A stretch of DNA of 64,000 nt from an uncultured Polyangiaceae bacterium (lineage in GTDB: Bacteria > Myxococcota_A > Polyangia > Polyangiales > Polyangiaceae): the NCBI GenBank assembly GCA_964517335.1, contig CAZFES010000001.1, forward strand, positions 7,127 to 71,126, written 5' to 3'. The position numbers and the translations under genes were made by a program. Below, one piece after another: positions 13,706-23,683 of the stretch. The notes below the pieces were generated by a model, which saw only the letters and a program-made list of their open reading frames with translations, was not told the DNA's origin and did not search any database. Within the stretch, counting starts at the first letter, position 1; every line of letters begins with the position of its first letter.

Positions 13706-16700
13706 TTACAGGGGAAGCCGCGTCGATTGCGCCGGCAGCTCGGTTTGCTGCACGGTCACGGCGAAGCGCTTGCCGTCCCAGGTGATGTCGTGGCGATCCA
13801 GGCGCAACGGCTCCTTGCGCGGCACCGACCTGAGGCGCGCCACGAGCGCCGCCCGGTCGCGCTCCGCGCGCGACAGCAGCGTGGCCGCGAGGCCCACGGC
13901 GGCGGCGTCGGTCGGCTCGCCGAGCGCCGTTTCGGCATCGTCGACCGTCGTGGTCAGCGCCACGTCGCTCGTCAGATCCGGCCAGGTCAGGATGACCAGC
14001 GTGCCCTCACCCTGGAACAGCTGCAGCTCCTTGAGCTTGCGCTGCAGCGCTTCGGCGCTCGTGCCTTCGGGCGGTGACGCGAGCAGCCGCGCCACCCGCG
14101 CCGCCGACCACAGACGCGCCCAGCGCCGCGGATCGTCCGGCCCCGGACGGCCCTGCGCGCTGGCGACCTGTTTATCGATGCGCAGCGCCTCGTCCACGCG
14201 CCCTGCGCCCGCGGCGGCCGTGGCCATCCGCAACCAGGCGAGCGCGTCGCCCTGCGCCTCCGCGAGCGTCCGGAACTGGCGGTACGCCGGCTCGAACCAG
14301 CCCCGCGCCAGGTAGATGTCGCCGAGCAGCTGGCGCGAGCCGGCGCTGTGGGCATCGAACTCCACGATCTCGGAGTAGGTGCGCACCGCTTCTTCGTCCA
14401 ACCCCGCCCGCGCCAGCACGTCGCCGAGCTGCCGCACCACACGCACCGTCATCAAACCGCGGTCGCGCAGCCGTCGGCCCAGGGCGAGCGCTTCGTCGAG
14501 CCGGCTCGACGATGTCAGCATCTCCACCAGACGAATGATGCCGTTGGGGTCGTCGGGCGCGCGGGCCATGATCTCGCGCAGCGCGTCGATGCGCGCGTCG
14601 ATCTCCTCTATCTCGCTGAGCCGCCGATCGACGTCGCGCCAATCGATGCCCTTGCCGAAGAGCACTTCCTCCACGGCCGCCACCATGCGCTCGTCCACCA
14701 CGCGGCGCAGGATCAGCTTGGCGACGTACTGCTGGACGTCGCGACGCTGATCGAACACGCGCAACAACGCGCGGGCACCGGCCTCGCTGTCGATGTGACG
14801 CTGCAACAGGTCGAGCAGCGTCTGCTCGGCGCGCCAATCGTTGATCTCGCAGGCGCGTTGCGCGGCGGCGTAGCGCTCGATGAGCGCCTCGGCGCTCTCT
14901 GCCGTCGCGAGGCGCTTCTGCCAGATCAGCGCGCGCTGCGCCAGCGGGCGTCCCGCCACGGCGCTGCAGGTCCCCAGCGCGGCTTGGCTCCGCTCGCGAT
15001 CGCTGCCCTCGAGGAGCCCGGTCATGGACCAGGTGTTGGCGCGCGAGGGGTCGGCGCCCAAGCTGTCGTCCCTTCCCCAGCCGCCGCCCATGGGACCGCT
15101 GGCAGGGGGAATGTCCTCACCGGCCGCCGGCGTTTCGCTGCCGGCGCGATGGGGCGCGTCGATGGCGGGCTTGGCGTTGTCGTCGTACTCCTTGCTGTCG
15201 TAGTCGCCAGGCTCGGCGGGCGTCGCGCCGACCTCGTCCTCGGAGCAGCCGAGCGCGCTCGATGCCGGCGGCTCCGGCCCCACGGCCTTGCGCAAGCGCC
15301 ACTCGGAGTCGGCGTCGCGCGCGGTCAGCTTCACGCCGCGCAGCGGGCTCCGCCGCCGCGGGATCCCCATGTTGGCGTACGCCGCTTCGCTCTCGAGCGC
15401 CAAGATGCTGGTGAACGGCGTCATCAGGCCGTAGTCGATGCCCAGCGCGGTGATGCGCCCGCTGTCGGGCGACGCGCTCGGCGCGACGGTTCCATCGGGC
15501 GCGGCCTGCGTCACCGATGCGCCCAGCAGGCGCCGAACGTGCGCTGCCGCCCACAGCTTGGGCACGAAGGCGTTCAGCGCCGGCGCGCCCTTGCTGACCT
15601 CGAGCTCGCGCTCGATCACGGTGTCGCCCAGTCGCCCGCGCATGACGACCTTCTCGGGCAGGTCGTGGTGCGTGCGGGCCAGCACCACGACCTCGTCGCC
15701 GCGCACCAGCTTGCCGCTGACGTTGGACATCGGCTCGTCGAGACCCGCGCCGAGATCGATCTCGAGCTCGGTGAGCGTCGGCACCTTGAACGCGGCGGCC
15801 AGCTGCAACGCCGTGGCGGTGGCGAACGCCGCGTCGTGCAGCGCGTGGTTCTTTCCGCCTCCGGCGCGCGCCAGCTCCGACAGCAGCGACGTGTCGGCGT
15901 CGGGGCCCACCGCGACGGTGAACAGCCGCGCGCGAGAGCCGCCGATGGCGCGGCGCAAGCGCTCGATCAGCGCTTCACCGGTCTGCTCCCCGGAGGTCGC
16001 CACGCCGTCGCCCACGTACACCACCGCCGGCTGGGCCGCCTCGTGCACCAGGCCGAGCGCCACATCGAACAGCGCCGCCAGATCGGTGGCGCCGCCGGCT
16101 GCATGCCCCGACAGCGCGGCGAGGGCGCGCGCGATGTGCTCGTCGTCGGCCGGCGCCAGGCCCTCCTTCGGGTGAAGCACCCGGGGCGCCACGTCGAGCG
16201 CCACCAGCGCGAAGCGATCCTCGGCGGACAACGCCCGCAGGATGGATTCGGCAACCGTGGCGGAGAGCCGCCGCGTCGTGTCGTCCGCGCCGGCGGACGT
16301 GTCCACCACCAGCACGACGTCGGCGCGCGGCTGCGCGACGGCGTCCCAGTCGACGTCGGGCACGTAGCGCGCCATCACGTAGTCGGCCGCGTCACCTCCG
16401 CTGTCGAAGCGCGACACCCGGACGCCGCGCGAGCGCTCGGGCAGCTTCGCCTCGAGCTGAAAGTCGACGCGAGGCGTGTACCCCGAGCGGCGCATGGTGA
16501 CGCGCGCGCCGCCGTCTTCGATGCGCGCCTCGGCAAGCGTGGCGATCTCCATGGTCTTGCCTTCGCTGCCGAGGTCGACGCTCAACGAGAACTCGCCGAT
16601 CCGCACCGCCGAGCGACTCGCCATCGGATAGATGTAGGTGAGCTCGCCCGAGCCGGTGGGCAACAGCTCGAGGTATCGCAGCACCACGCGCCGGGTCTGC

Positions 16701-17710
16701 GACGGCAGGATGGGATAGATCCTGGCGCGATAGGTCTGACTGTCGATCCACTCGAGGATCGCCGGCGCATGGCCGGCGCTCTTGGCGCCGGTGTACTTGG
16801 CGGCGGCATCGCGCCGCTCGACGAGCTCGCCCTCGACCAGCACACCGTTGGTCTCGACGGCGAAGCTGGTGACGATGGCGCCGGGCGGTACGGCAAACCA
16901 GTACCAACCCTCCACTGGCCGCGGCGCGGGGTTGAAGAACGTCTGATCGACCTCGGTCTCGGCCAGTCCGTCGCGGATCACCGCGCGCACCGACTGGCTG
17001 TTGAGCTGCAGGCGCTCGGCCGGCGTGCCGCCGGGGCTGGCGGCGTCGACCGCCAAGATCTCGCCGTTGCCCGAAGCCACGGCGGACGCGCTGGCGCCGA
17101 AGTCGGCCATGCCGCCGGTCCAGTCGTCCCAGAATGCCAGCGGCTCGACCTTCGGCACGCCGTCGGCGCCGATCTGCGCGAGCTCGCCGGCGTGGACCTC
17201 CACGCGCCCGGCGGTGCCCGTCACCACGGCCATGCCGCGCGCGACGTACACCGTCGTCGCGGCGTCGCTGCGCTTCAGGCTCAGTCCCGCATCCTCGGCG
17301 GTGACGCCGACCTCGCCGGCGCGATGCACCAGACCGCTCCGGCCGCCCGCCGGCGCATCCAGCCAGTACTCGCCGCGCTGCAAGCTCAACGTTCGAGCCC
17401 CGAGCGCGACCTCGGTGCCGCCCCGCAGAAACGCCGACGAGCCGTCGGGCAACCGCAGCAACGCGCGCGCGCCATCCGCGGCGGTCACCGTCGATCCGGC
17501 GCGCAGCGCCTGCGGTCCGTGAACGCGCTGGCTGTGCTCGCCCATCACCACCCGAACGTCGCCCGCCGCCAGCTCGATGCGCGCTTCGATGGCGCCGGCC
17601 TCGACGGGCGGCGGACGGCGCTTCAGCTCGTAGGCCACGATGACGCTCACCAGCGCCACTCCCAGCGCCACCAAGGCGAGCCCGGACACCCGACGTGTGC
17701 GGCGGCTCAT
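13706..17710 (-). CDS. Giant membrane-anchored FecR-like / VIT / vWA / TPR protein (paralogue 1, 1334 aa)
   Basis: Basic tail plus TM helix (MSRRTRRVSGLALVALGVALVSVIV). FecR-like segment (ARALLRLPDGSSAFLRGGTEV...TVYVARGMAVV). VIT-like segment (SVRAVIRDGLAETEVDQTFFNP..EGWYWFAVPPGAIVTSFAV). vWA segment (VVLVVDTSAGADD...GGATDL...VYVGDGVATSG). The C-terminal approx 350 aa are TPR-like helices plus an unassigned terminal domain. ATGA overlap with the upstream paralogue. Confidence 0.8.
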   Translation of the reverse strand: MSRRTRRVSGLALVALGVALVSVIVAYELKRRPPPVEAGAIEARIELAAGDVRVVMGEHSQRVHGPQALRAGSTVTAADGARALLRLPDGSSAFLRGGTEVALGARTLSLQRGEYWLDAPAGGRSGLVHRAGEVGVTAEDAGLSLKRSDAATTVYVARGMAVVTGTAGRVEVHAGELAQIGADGVPKVEPLAFWDDWTGGMADFGASASAVASGNGEILAVDAASPGGTPAERLQLNSQSVRAVIRDGLAETEVDQTFFNPAPRPVEGWYWFAVPPGAIVTSFAVETNGVLVEGELVERRDAAAKYTGAKSAGHAPAILEWIDSQTYRARIYPILPSQTRRVVLRYLELLPTGSGELTYIYPMASRSAVRIGEFSLSVDLGSEGKTMEIATLAEARIEDGGARVTMRRSGYTPRVDFQLEAKLPERSRGVRVSRFDSGGDAADYVMARYVPDVDWDAVAQPRADVVLVVDTSAGADDTTRRLSATVAESILRALSAEDRFALVALDVAPRVLHPKEGLAPADDEHIARALAALSGHAAGGATDLAALFDVALGLVHEAAQPAVVYVGDGVATSGEQTGEALIERLRRAIGGSRARLFTVAVGPDADTSLLSELARAGGGKNHALHDAAFATATALQLAAAFKVPTLTELEIDLGAGLDEPMSNVSGKLVRGDEVVVLARTHHDLPEKVVMRGRLGDTVIERELEVSKGAPALNAFVPKLWAAAHVRRLLGASVTQAAPDGTVAPSASPDSGRITALGIDYGLMTPFTSILALESEAAYANMGIPRRRSPLRGVKLTARDADSEWRLRKAVGPEPPASSALGCSEDEVGATPAEPGDYDSKEYDDNAKPAIDAPHRAGSETPAAGEDIPPASGPMGGGWGRDDSLGADPSRANTWSMTGLLEGSDRERSQAALGTCSAVAGRPLAQRALIWQKRLATAESAEALIERYAAAQRACEINDWRAEQTLLDLLQRHIDSEAGARALLRVFDQRRDVQQYVAKLILRRVVDERMVAAVEEVLFGKGIDWRDVDRRLSEIEEIDARIDALREIMARAPDDPNGIIRLVEMLTSSSRLDEALALGRRLRDRGLMTVRVVRQLGDVLARAGLDEEAVRTYSEIVEFDAHSAGSRQLLGDIYLARGWFEPAYRQFRTLAEAQGDALAWLRMATAAAGAGRVDEALRIDKQVASAQGRPGPDDPRRWARLWSAARVARLLASPPEGTSAEALQRKLKELQLFQGEGTLVILTWPDLTSDVALTTTVDDAETALGEPTDAAAVGLAATLLSRAERDRAALVARLRSVPRKEPLRLDRHDITWDGKRFAVTVQQTELPAQSTRLPL

Positions 17711-20700
17711 TGCAACACCACCCTGGTCTGGCCGGGCGACAGCTCGTGCTCGGACCGCGTCACCTCGAAGGCCTCGCCGCTCCAGGCGATGTCGTGACGC
17801 ACGAGCCGCAGGGGATCGGCGCGCTTGGGACTGCGCAGCCGCGCCACCAGCGTGACCTTGCCGGCCTCGGCAGGCGACAGCATCGCGGCACAGAGGCCGG
17901 CGGGCGCGGCGTCGATCTGCTCGCCCGCGGCGACGGCGCGCTCCTCGATCTCCGCGACCATCGCCACGTCACTGGACAGGTCGTTCCACGTCACCACCAC
18001 CAGCCGCGCCGCCCCCGTCGCGAACAGCCCCAGCTCCTTGAGCCGCCGTTCCAGACTGGCGCGCGCCGGCGCGCGCTCGCCTTCGGGCGGATCGAACAGC
18101 AGCTGCCCGATGCGCGCCGCCGACATCAGCCGCGCCCAGCGCCGCGGGTCCTTGGGACCGGGACGGCCCTCTGCGACCGCCACCCGGCGCTCGAGACGCA
18201 GGGCCTCGTCGATCCGTCCCGCGCCGGCCGCGGCGTTCGCCAGCCGCAGCCAGGCCAGCGCGTCACCGGACGTCTCCGCCGCCGTCTTGAACTGGCGGTA
18301 CGCGGGCTCGAACCAGCCGTGGGACAGGTAGATGTCGCCGAGCAACAGCCGCGACGCCAAGCTGTTCGCGTCGAACTCGACGATCTCGGAGTAAGTACGC
18401 ACCGCCTCTTGCTCGTGCCCGCCGCGCGCGAGCACGTCGCCGAGCTGTCGCGCAATGGAGACGGTCAACAGCCCGCGGTCGCGCAAGCGCCGGCCGAGCG
18501 CCAGCGCCTCGTCGCTCCGCCCCGCCCGCGCGAGCATCTCGACCAGGCGGATCTGTCCTTGCGGATCGTCCGGCGCGCGGGCCATCGCCTCGCGCAAGCG
18601 CGCGATGCGCGCGTCGACGTCCTCGATCTCGCTGAGCTCGATGTCGATCAGGTTCCAGTCGATGCTGCGTCCGAACAGCACGCCCTGGATCGCCGCGACG
18701 ACACGCTCGTCGACGGTTCGCCGCAGGATGAGACGCGCGACCCACTGCTGCACGTCGGGCCGCGCGGCGAAGTGTCCGAGGACGATGCGCGCGCCGGCTT
18801 CGCTGTCCACGTGCGCCTGCAGCAGCCGTAGCAGCTCGCGCTCGGCGGCCCAGTCGGACAGCTCGCACGACAACCGCGCGCTCTCGTAGCGCGCGACGAG
18901 CTCGTGGGGCGTCGTGGCGGTCCGCAGCCGCTGCGCCCACAGCGCGAGCCGCTGCGCCAGCGGACGTCGCGCCAAATCGCTGCAGGTGGCCACCGGCGGC
19001 AACGCCTTCTGCTCGGCCTTGCCGGCGTCCTGATCGTGCTCCTGCTCCTCGGCGCCTTCGAACGCATCCACGGGGCGCGGGTCATTCGCTGCGCCGGGCC
19101 GGCCGGTAGCGAGCCGGGTCGCGGCGGCGCGTTGCAGCGGCGCGGGCTTTTTCTGCTTGTCGAGCGCGCCGGGCGGCGCCGGCATGTCGCCGGCGGAGGG
19201 GTCGGCGGGCTTCGACGGCTCGGCCGCCACCGCCGGTGCCTCGGGCGCGGCCATGTTTCCCTCCTCGTCGCGAACCGGGGTCGCCTCGGCCACATCGCCG
19301 GGGACCGGTTCGGTTCGCTGTCGTTCCGGCGGCGGGGCCGGCGCCACGGCCGCCACCTCGTCCTGAGCCGGCGCCTCGCCGCGCGAGCACCCCCACGCGA
19401 CCTCGGTCAGGGGCGCATGCCGCATCGCCAGCTCATGCTCGGAACGGTCGTCGAGCGCGCCCAGGCGCACACCGCGCAGCGGCGAGTGGCGGCGCGGGAT
19501 CCCCATGCGCGAATAGGCCTCCTCGCTCTCGAGCGCGAGCACGCTGGTGTACGGGGTCACCAGCCCGTACTCGATGCCGAGCGCCACCACCCGCCCGCGC
19601 TCGGCGTCGGGGCCGGCGGCGCCGCCGAGCAAGCGTCGCACGTACGACGATGCCCACATGCGCGGCACGAACGCGCTGAGCACGCTGTCGTCGAGATGGA
19701 CCTCCACCTCGCGCTCGAAGGCCTCACCGCCGAGCCGGCCACGCACGACGGCCTTCTTCGGCAAGTCGTCGTGTGTCCGCGCCAGCACGACCACGTCCGA
19801 GCCGCGCGCCACCTTGCCGCTGACGTTGGACAGCGGCTCGTCGAGCCCCGCGCCCAGATCCAGCTCGAAGTCGGTGATGGTCGGCACCTTGACCGCGGCC
19901 ATCAGCTCCAGCGCTTGCGCGCTCGCGCGGCCGGGCGTGTACACGTGATGGCTGCTTCCGCCGCCGGCGCGCGCGAGCTCGTCGAGCAACAGCTGGTCGC
20001 TGTTCGCCCCGACGCCTACCGTGAACAAACGCGCGCGCGAGGTGCTCAGCGCGCGCCGCATGCGCTCGATGAGTTGCTCGCCGGTGAGCTCGCCCGAGGT
20101 CGCCACGCCGTCGCCGACGTAGATGACCGCAGGCTGCGCCGCGCCGTGCAAGCGGCCGAGCGCTGCGTCGAACATCGCCGCGAGGTCGGTGGCGCCGCCG
20201 GCGCTGTGGTCGGACAGCGCTTCGAGGGCCTCGGCGATCTCGGCGTCGCTCGCGCTGGCGAGCGCCTCCTTCGGGTGCAGCACGGTGGCGGCCACGTCGA
20301 GCGACACCAGCGCAAAGGCATCGTCCTCCGACAGCGCCCGCAGGATCGCTTCGGCCACGCCATGCTTGAGCTGACGGCTCGCCTCGTCGCTGTCGGCCGA
20401 GGTATCCACCACCACCACGACTTCGGCCTTGGGCGTGGCGGTGGCGGCCCAGTCCACGTCGGGCGTGTAGCGCGCCATCACGTAGTCGGCGGCATCGCCT
20501 CCGGTTCGAAAGCGCGCCACCGTCAGCGGCCGGCGCGGCTCCTTGAGCGTGGCCTCGAGCTGGAAGTCCACGCGCGGCGTGAATCCGGAGCGGCGCATGG
20601 TCACGTAGCGGCCGCCTTCGATGCGCGCCTCGTCGAGCGTGGCGACATCCATCTTCTGCGCCGCGGCTTCGCCGAGATCGGCGCTCAACGAAAACTCGCC

Positions 20701-21813
20701 GATCCGGGCGCCGCTCTGCCCCATCGGATAGACGTAGCTGAGCTTGCCGTCGACCATCGGGCGGAGCTCGAGATAGCGCATGACCACCCGGCGCGTGCCG
20801 GCGGCGGGGACGGGATAGATGCGCGCCCGAAAGCTCTTGCCGTCGACCCACTCGAGGATGGCGGGCGCGTGTCCGCTGCTCTTGGCGACGCCGTACTGCT
20901 TGGCGGCTTCGCGTCGCTCGATGACCTCGCCCTCGACGAGCACGCCGTCGGTCTCCACGGCAAAGCCCGTCACGCTGGCGCCGTCGGGGACCGCGAACCA
21001 ATACCAACCCTCGACGTCGCGCGCGCCTGGATTGAAGAAGGTCTGGTCCACCTCGGTCTCGCTCAGGCCCTCGCGCAGCACCGCGCGCACGCTCTGCTGC
21101 TTGATCTGGAGCGGCTGCGCCGGCGTGCCGGGGGGCGCGCCCACGTCCACGCCGTAGATGGTGCCGGCGCCGGCACCCAGCGAGATGGCCGCGCCGTCCG
21201 CCATGCCGCCGGTCCAGTCGTCCCAGAAGGCCACCGCCGACACCTCGGCCTTGCCGTCGGCGATGCGGGCCTGCTCGCCGGCGTTCACCTCGACGCGGCC
21301 GGCGTCGGTCGACACCACCGCCATGCCGCGCGCGACGTAGACGGTGGCGCCGCCGTCGGTGATCGCGATGGAGAGCCCGGCCTCGGCGGCGGTGACGCGC
21401 GCGGGCCCGGCGCGGTGCACGAGGCCCTTTCGCTCGAGGACGGGCGCGTCGAGCCAGTACTCGCCGCGCTCGACGACGACCTCGTCCTCGCCGACCACGA
21501 GCTTGCTGCCGCCTCGCAGGAACGCGCCCGACCCGTCGGGCAGCCGCACCAGCGCGCGGGCTCCCGCGTCCGTCTCGATGGCCGCACCGGCGCGCAGCGC
21601 CGTGCCGCTCGTCGCCTGTTCTTGCTGTCCCTGCTGCGTCACGACCACGCCGCCGGCGGCGAGCTCGAGACGCGCGGCGATGGCGCGGCTCTCCACCGGC
21701 GGCGGCTTGCGCCACAGCGCCGTGACCACGATGGCGCCGATCAGCGCGACCGCCGCCACCACCAACATCGCCTGGGGCCAACGACCCCCCAATCCCCGTC
21801 TTGCCACGCTCAC
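17707..21813 (-). CDS. Giant membrane-anchored FecR-like / VIT / vWA / TPR protein (paralogue 2, 1368 aa)
   Basis: Collinear with 13706..17710 over its whole length, with the same domain order and many identical blocks (e.g. FWDDWTGGMAD, HAPAILEW, GGDAADYVMARY, GWFEPAYRQF). GTG start at 21813; alternatives are 21807 and 21768. Confidence 0.8.
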   Translation of the reverse strand: MSVARRGLGGRWPQAMLVVAAVALIGAIVVTALWRKPPPVESRAIAARLELAAGGVVVTQQGQQEQATSGTALRAGAAIETDAGARALVRLPDGSGAFLRGGSKLVVGEDEVVVERGEYWLDAPVLERKGLVHRAGPARVTAAEAGLSIAITDGGATVYVARGMAVVSTDAGRVEVNAGEQARIADGKAEVSAVAFWDDWTGGMADGAAISLGAGAGTIYGVDVGAPPGTPAQPLQIKQQSVRAVLREGLSETEVDQTFFNPGARDVEGWYWFAVPDGASVTGFAVETDGVLVEGEVIERREAAKQYGVAKSSGHAPAILEWVDGKSFRARIYPVPAAGTRRVVMRYLELRPMVDGKLSYVYPMGQSGARIGEFSLSADLGEAAAQKMDVATLDEARIEGGRYVTMRRSGFTPRVDFQLEATLKEPRRPLTVARFRTGGDAADYVMARYTPDVDWAATATPKAEVVVVVDTSADSDEASRQLKHGVAEAILRALSEDDAFALVSLDVAATVLHPKEALASASDAEIAEALEALSDHSAGGATDLAAMFDAALGRLHGAAQPAVIYVGDGVATSGELTGEQLIERMRRALSTSRARLFTVGVGANSDQLLLDELARAGGGSSHHVYTPGRASAQALELMAAVKVPTITDFELDLGAGLDEPLSNVSGKVARGSDVVVLARTHDDLPKKAVVRGRLGGEAFEREVEVHLDDSVLSAFVPRMWASSYVRRLLGGAAGPDAERGRVVALGIEYGLVTPYTSVLALESEEAYSRMGIPRRHSPLRGVRLGALDDRSEHELAMRHAPLTEVAWGCSRGEAPAQDEVAAVAPAPPPERQRTEPVPGDVAEATPVRDEEGNMAAPEAPAVAAEPSKPADPSAGDMPAPPGALDKQKKPAPLQRAAATRLATGRPGAANDPRPVDAFEGAEEQEHDQDAGKAEQKALPPVATCSDLARRPLAQRLALWAQRLRTATTPHELVARYESARLSCELSDWAAERELLRLLQAHVDSEAGARIVLGHFAARPDVQQWVARLILRRTVDERVVAAIQGVLFGRSIDWNLIDIELSEIEDVDARIARLREAMARAPDDPQGQIRLVEMLARAGRSDEALALGRRLRDRGLLTVSIARQLGDVLARGGHEQEAVRTYSEIVEFDANSLASRLLLGDIYLSHGWFEPAYRQFKTAAETSGDALAWLRLANAAAGAGRIDEALRLERRVAVAEGRPGPKDPRRWARLMSAARIGQLLFDPPEGERAPARASLERRLKELGLFATGAARLVVVTWNDLSSDVAMVAEIEERAVAAGEQIDAAPAGLCAAMLSPAEAGKVTLVARLRSPKRADPLRLVRHDIAWSGEAFEVTRSEHELSPGQTRVVLQ

Positions 21814-21957
21814 ACCCTACTCCATCGTCAGAGCGCCGAAACCGGCGCAATCATCAGACGACCGGGCGCGCCTCGGGTTGTCACCGTTTCATCACGATTG
21901 TCGCCGATGCGGCCGCGCGACGATGACACGCGGGGTGGGGACCCACGCGCCGCGGGC

Positions 21958-23463
21958 TCAGAACGCGAGGTCTGCCGCCTCGCTCTCGTTGCGGCGGACC
22001 TGCGCGCGACCCTTGCGCGTAGCTTGCGGCGGAACGGTGGCGGGCTGCCCGGGCGCCGCAAAGGGCGCATCGGCGGGCGGCGGCTCGGCGAAGCCGGTCG
22101 ACGCGCCCTCGATGGCGGCGATCTGCCGGTCGAAATCATCCTCGAGCTCCGCCTGACGGAGCGGGGCCGCCTTCGGCGCGACGTCGCGGCGCTTGCTCAC
22201 CAGCTCGTCGCGGGCCTTGTCGAGCTTCGCGCGCGCGGCGCGCGCGTCACCGGACGAGAACAGCGAGTTGGCTTCGCGCAACGTCGCCGTGGTCCGGGCG
22301 CGGCTGAGACGTCCGACCACCAGCGGATCGAGCGGCGACACCTTGGTGGCGTCGTGGGTGAGCGTCGCATGCAGTTGCCCGCCGCAGCTGCCTTGGCTTC
22401 CGGTGACCAGATCGTCGAACGTCATGCGCACGTCGGCCACCGCGCGGCCGCCGTCGGAGCCCCGCGGCACGCGTACCTTCACGAGCAGCGTCTTCTGCTC
22501 GGCAGCGGTGAACGAGCCCATCGGCACGACGAGGCTCTGGCCCTCGCGGCGGAAGGAGCGGTCGAACACCTCGAGCAGCTCGACACCGGGGGCGAGATCC
22601 ACGCGCACGTTGGTGTTGGTCGCGACGGTGCGGACCAGCGACTGCAGCTCCTGCTCGAAGATCGTCGGCAGCCCGCCCGCGTTCTCCACGAAGTAGTGCC
22701 GGCCGTTCGAATCGAGTGCGATGGTCGACATGATGCGCTCGTTGTAGTCGACGTCGACGCCGATGGAGCTGATGGAGCAGCCCATGTCGCGCGCGCGCTC
22801 GGCGATGCGCCGGAAGCCGTCGAGATCGCGGACGCCGGCGGTGGCCTGGCCATCGCTCAGCACCAGCATGCGCTGGATCATGCCGTCGCGGCCGCGCAGC
22901 GCGTCCATGCCGGCTTCGATGCCGCAGGAGATGCAGGTGTCGCCGTTGGGCGTGATGGACTCGAGCTGGCGGGCGACCTCGTCGCGCGCGCTGGCCGAGA
23001 TCAGCGTCGGCGACACCAGCGTGTCGGCGCGCGTGTTGTACGCGATCACGCTGACCATGTCGCCGTCGCGCAGGCGGCTGACCATGCCGCGCGCGGCGTC
23101 GACGGCGTTGCGCAGGCGCTTGCCGCTCATCGAGCCCGAGCGATCGATGACGATGGCCAGGTTCACCGGCGCCGCCCGGGTGGCCGTCGCGTCCGCGGGC
23201 GCGTCGATGTCGAGGTACAGGTAGGTCTCGCTGTCCTGGCTGGCCGCGAGCGAGGCGTGACCGAGCCGGCCTTCGACCTTCAGCGTGGTGCCGTCGACGA
23301 ACTTCCAGGCGTCGAGGGCGACCTCGGGCGTGGTGATGTTGGCCTCGGTGGCCGCGGCTTCGAGGCGGTCGCGGAAGCCACCGGGCGGCGTCACCGACCA
23401 CACGGTCACGCTCGTGAGGGTCATCGCTGCCGCTGCGAGCCATCCGACGGTCTTGATTCTCAT
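21958..23463 (-). CDS. Secreted/anchored vWA domain protein with canonical MIDAS (BatA/BatB-like)
   Basis: AGGAG lies 9 nt upstream of ATG 23463. N-terminal hydrophobic segment. MIDAS residues: VIDRSGSMSG ... GDTCI ... LSDGQAT. The C-terminal tail is helical and low-complexity. Confidence 0.8.
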   Translation of the reverse strand: MRIKTVGWLAAAAMTLTSVTVWSVTPPGGFRDRLEAAATEANITTPEVALDAWKFVDGTTLKVEGRLGHASLAASQDSETYLYLDIDAPADATATRAAPVNLAIVIDRSGSMSGKRLRNAVDAARGMVSRLRDGDMVSVIAYNTRADTLVSPTLISASARDEVARQLESITPNGDTCISCGIEAGMDALRGRDGMIQRMLVLSDGQATAGVRDLDGFRRIAERARDMGCSISSIGVDVDYNERIMSTIALDSNGRHYFVENAGGLPTIFEQELQSLVRTVATNTNVRVDLAPGVELLEVFDRSFRREGQSLVVPMGSFTAAEQKTLLVKVRVPRGSDGGRAVADVRMTFDDLVTGSQGSCGGQLHATLTHDATKVSPLDPLVVGRLSRARTTATLREANSLFSSGDARAARAKLDKARDELVSKRRDVAPKAAPLRQAELEDDFDRQIAAIEGASTGFAEPPPADAPFAAPGQPATVPPQATRKGRAQVRRNESEAADLAF

Positions 23464-23683
23464 TACCCTGTCTCCTACCCAGCGCGGCCACCGAGGTGGC
23501 TCTTCATCAACGATTCCGGCGTATTTGCCCGCGGCCGAGGGCTGCGGGCGGGTGGTCCGAAGGAGACAACGCGCCGCCGCGCGTCATCTTTCACCCTGTG
23601 TGCACGCGTCTGGGACGACCGTGACCGCGAATCGATCTCCCGCCCCCCCGCGCCGGGCGGCGGAACCGTGCTCCGGCGGGCCG

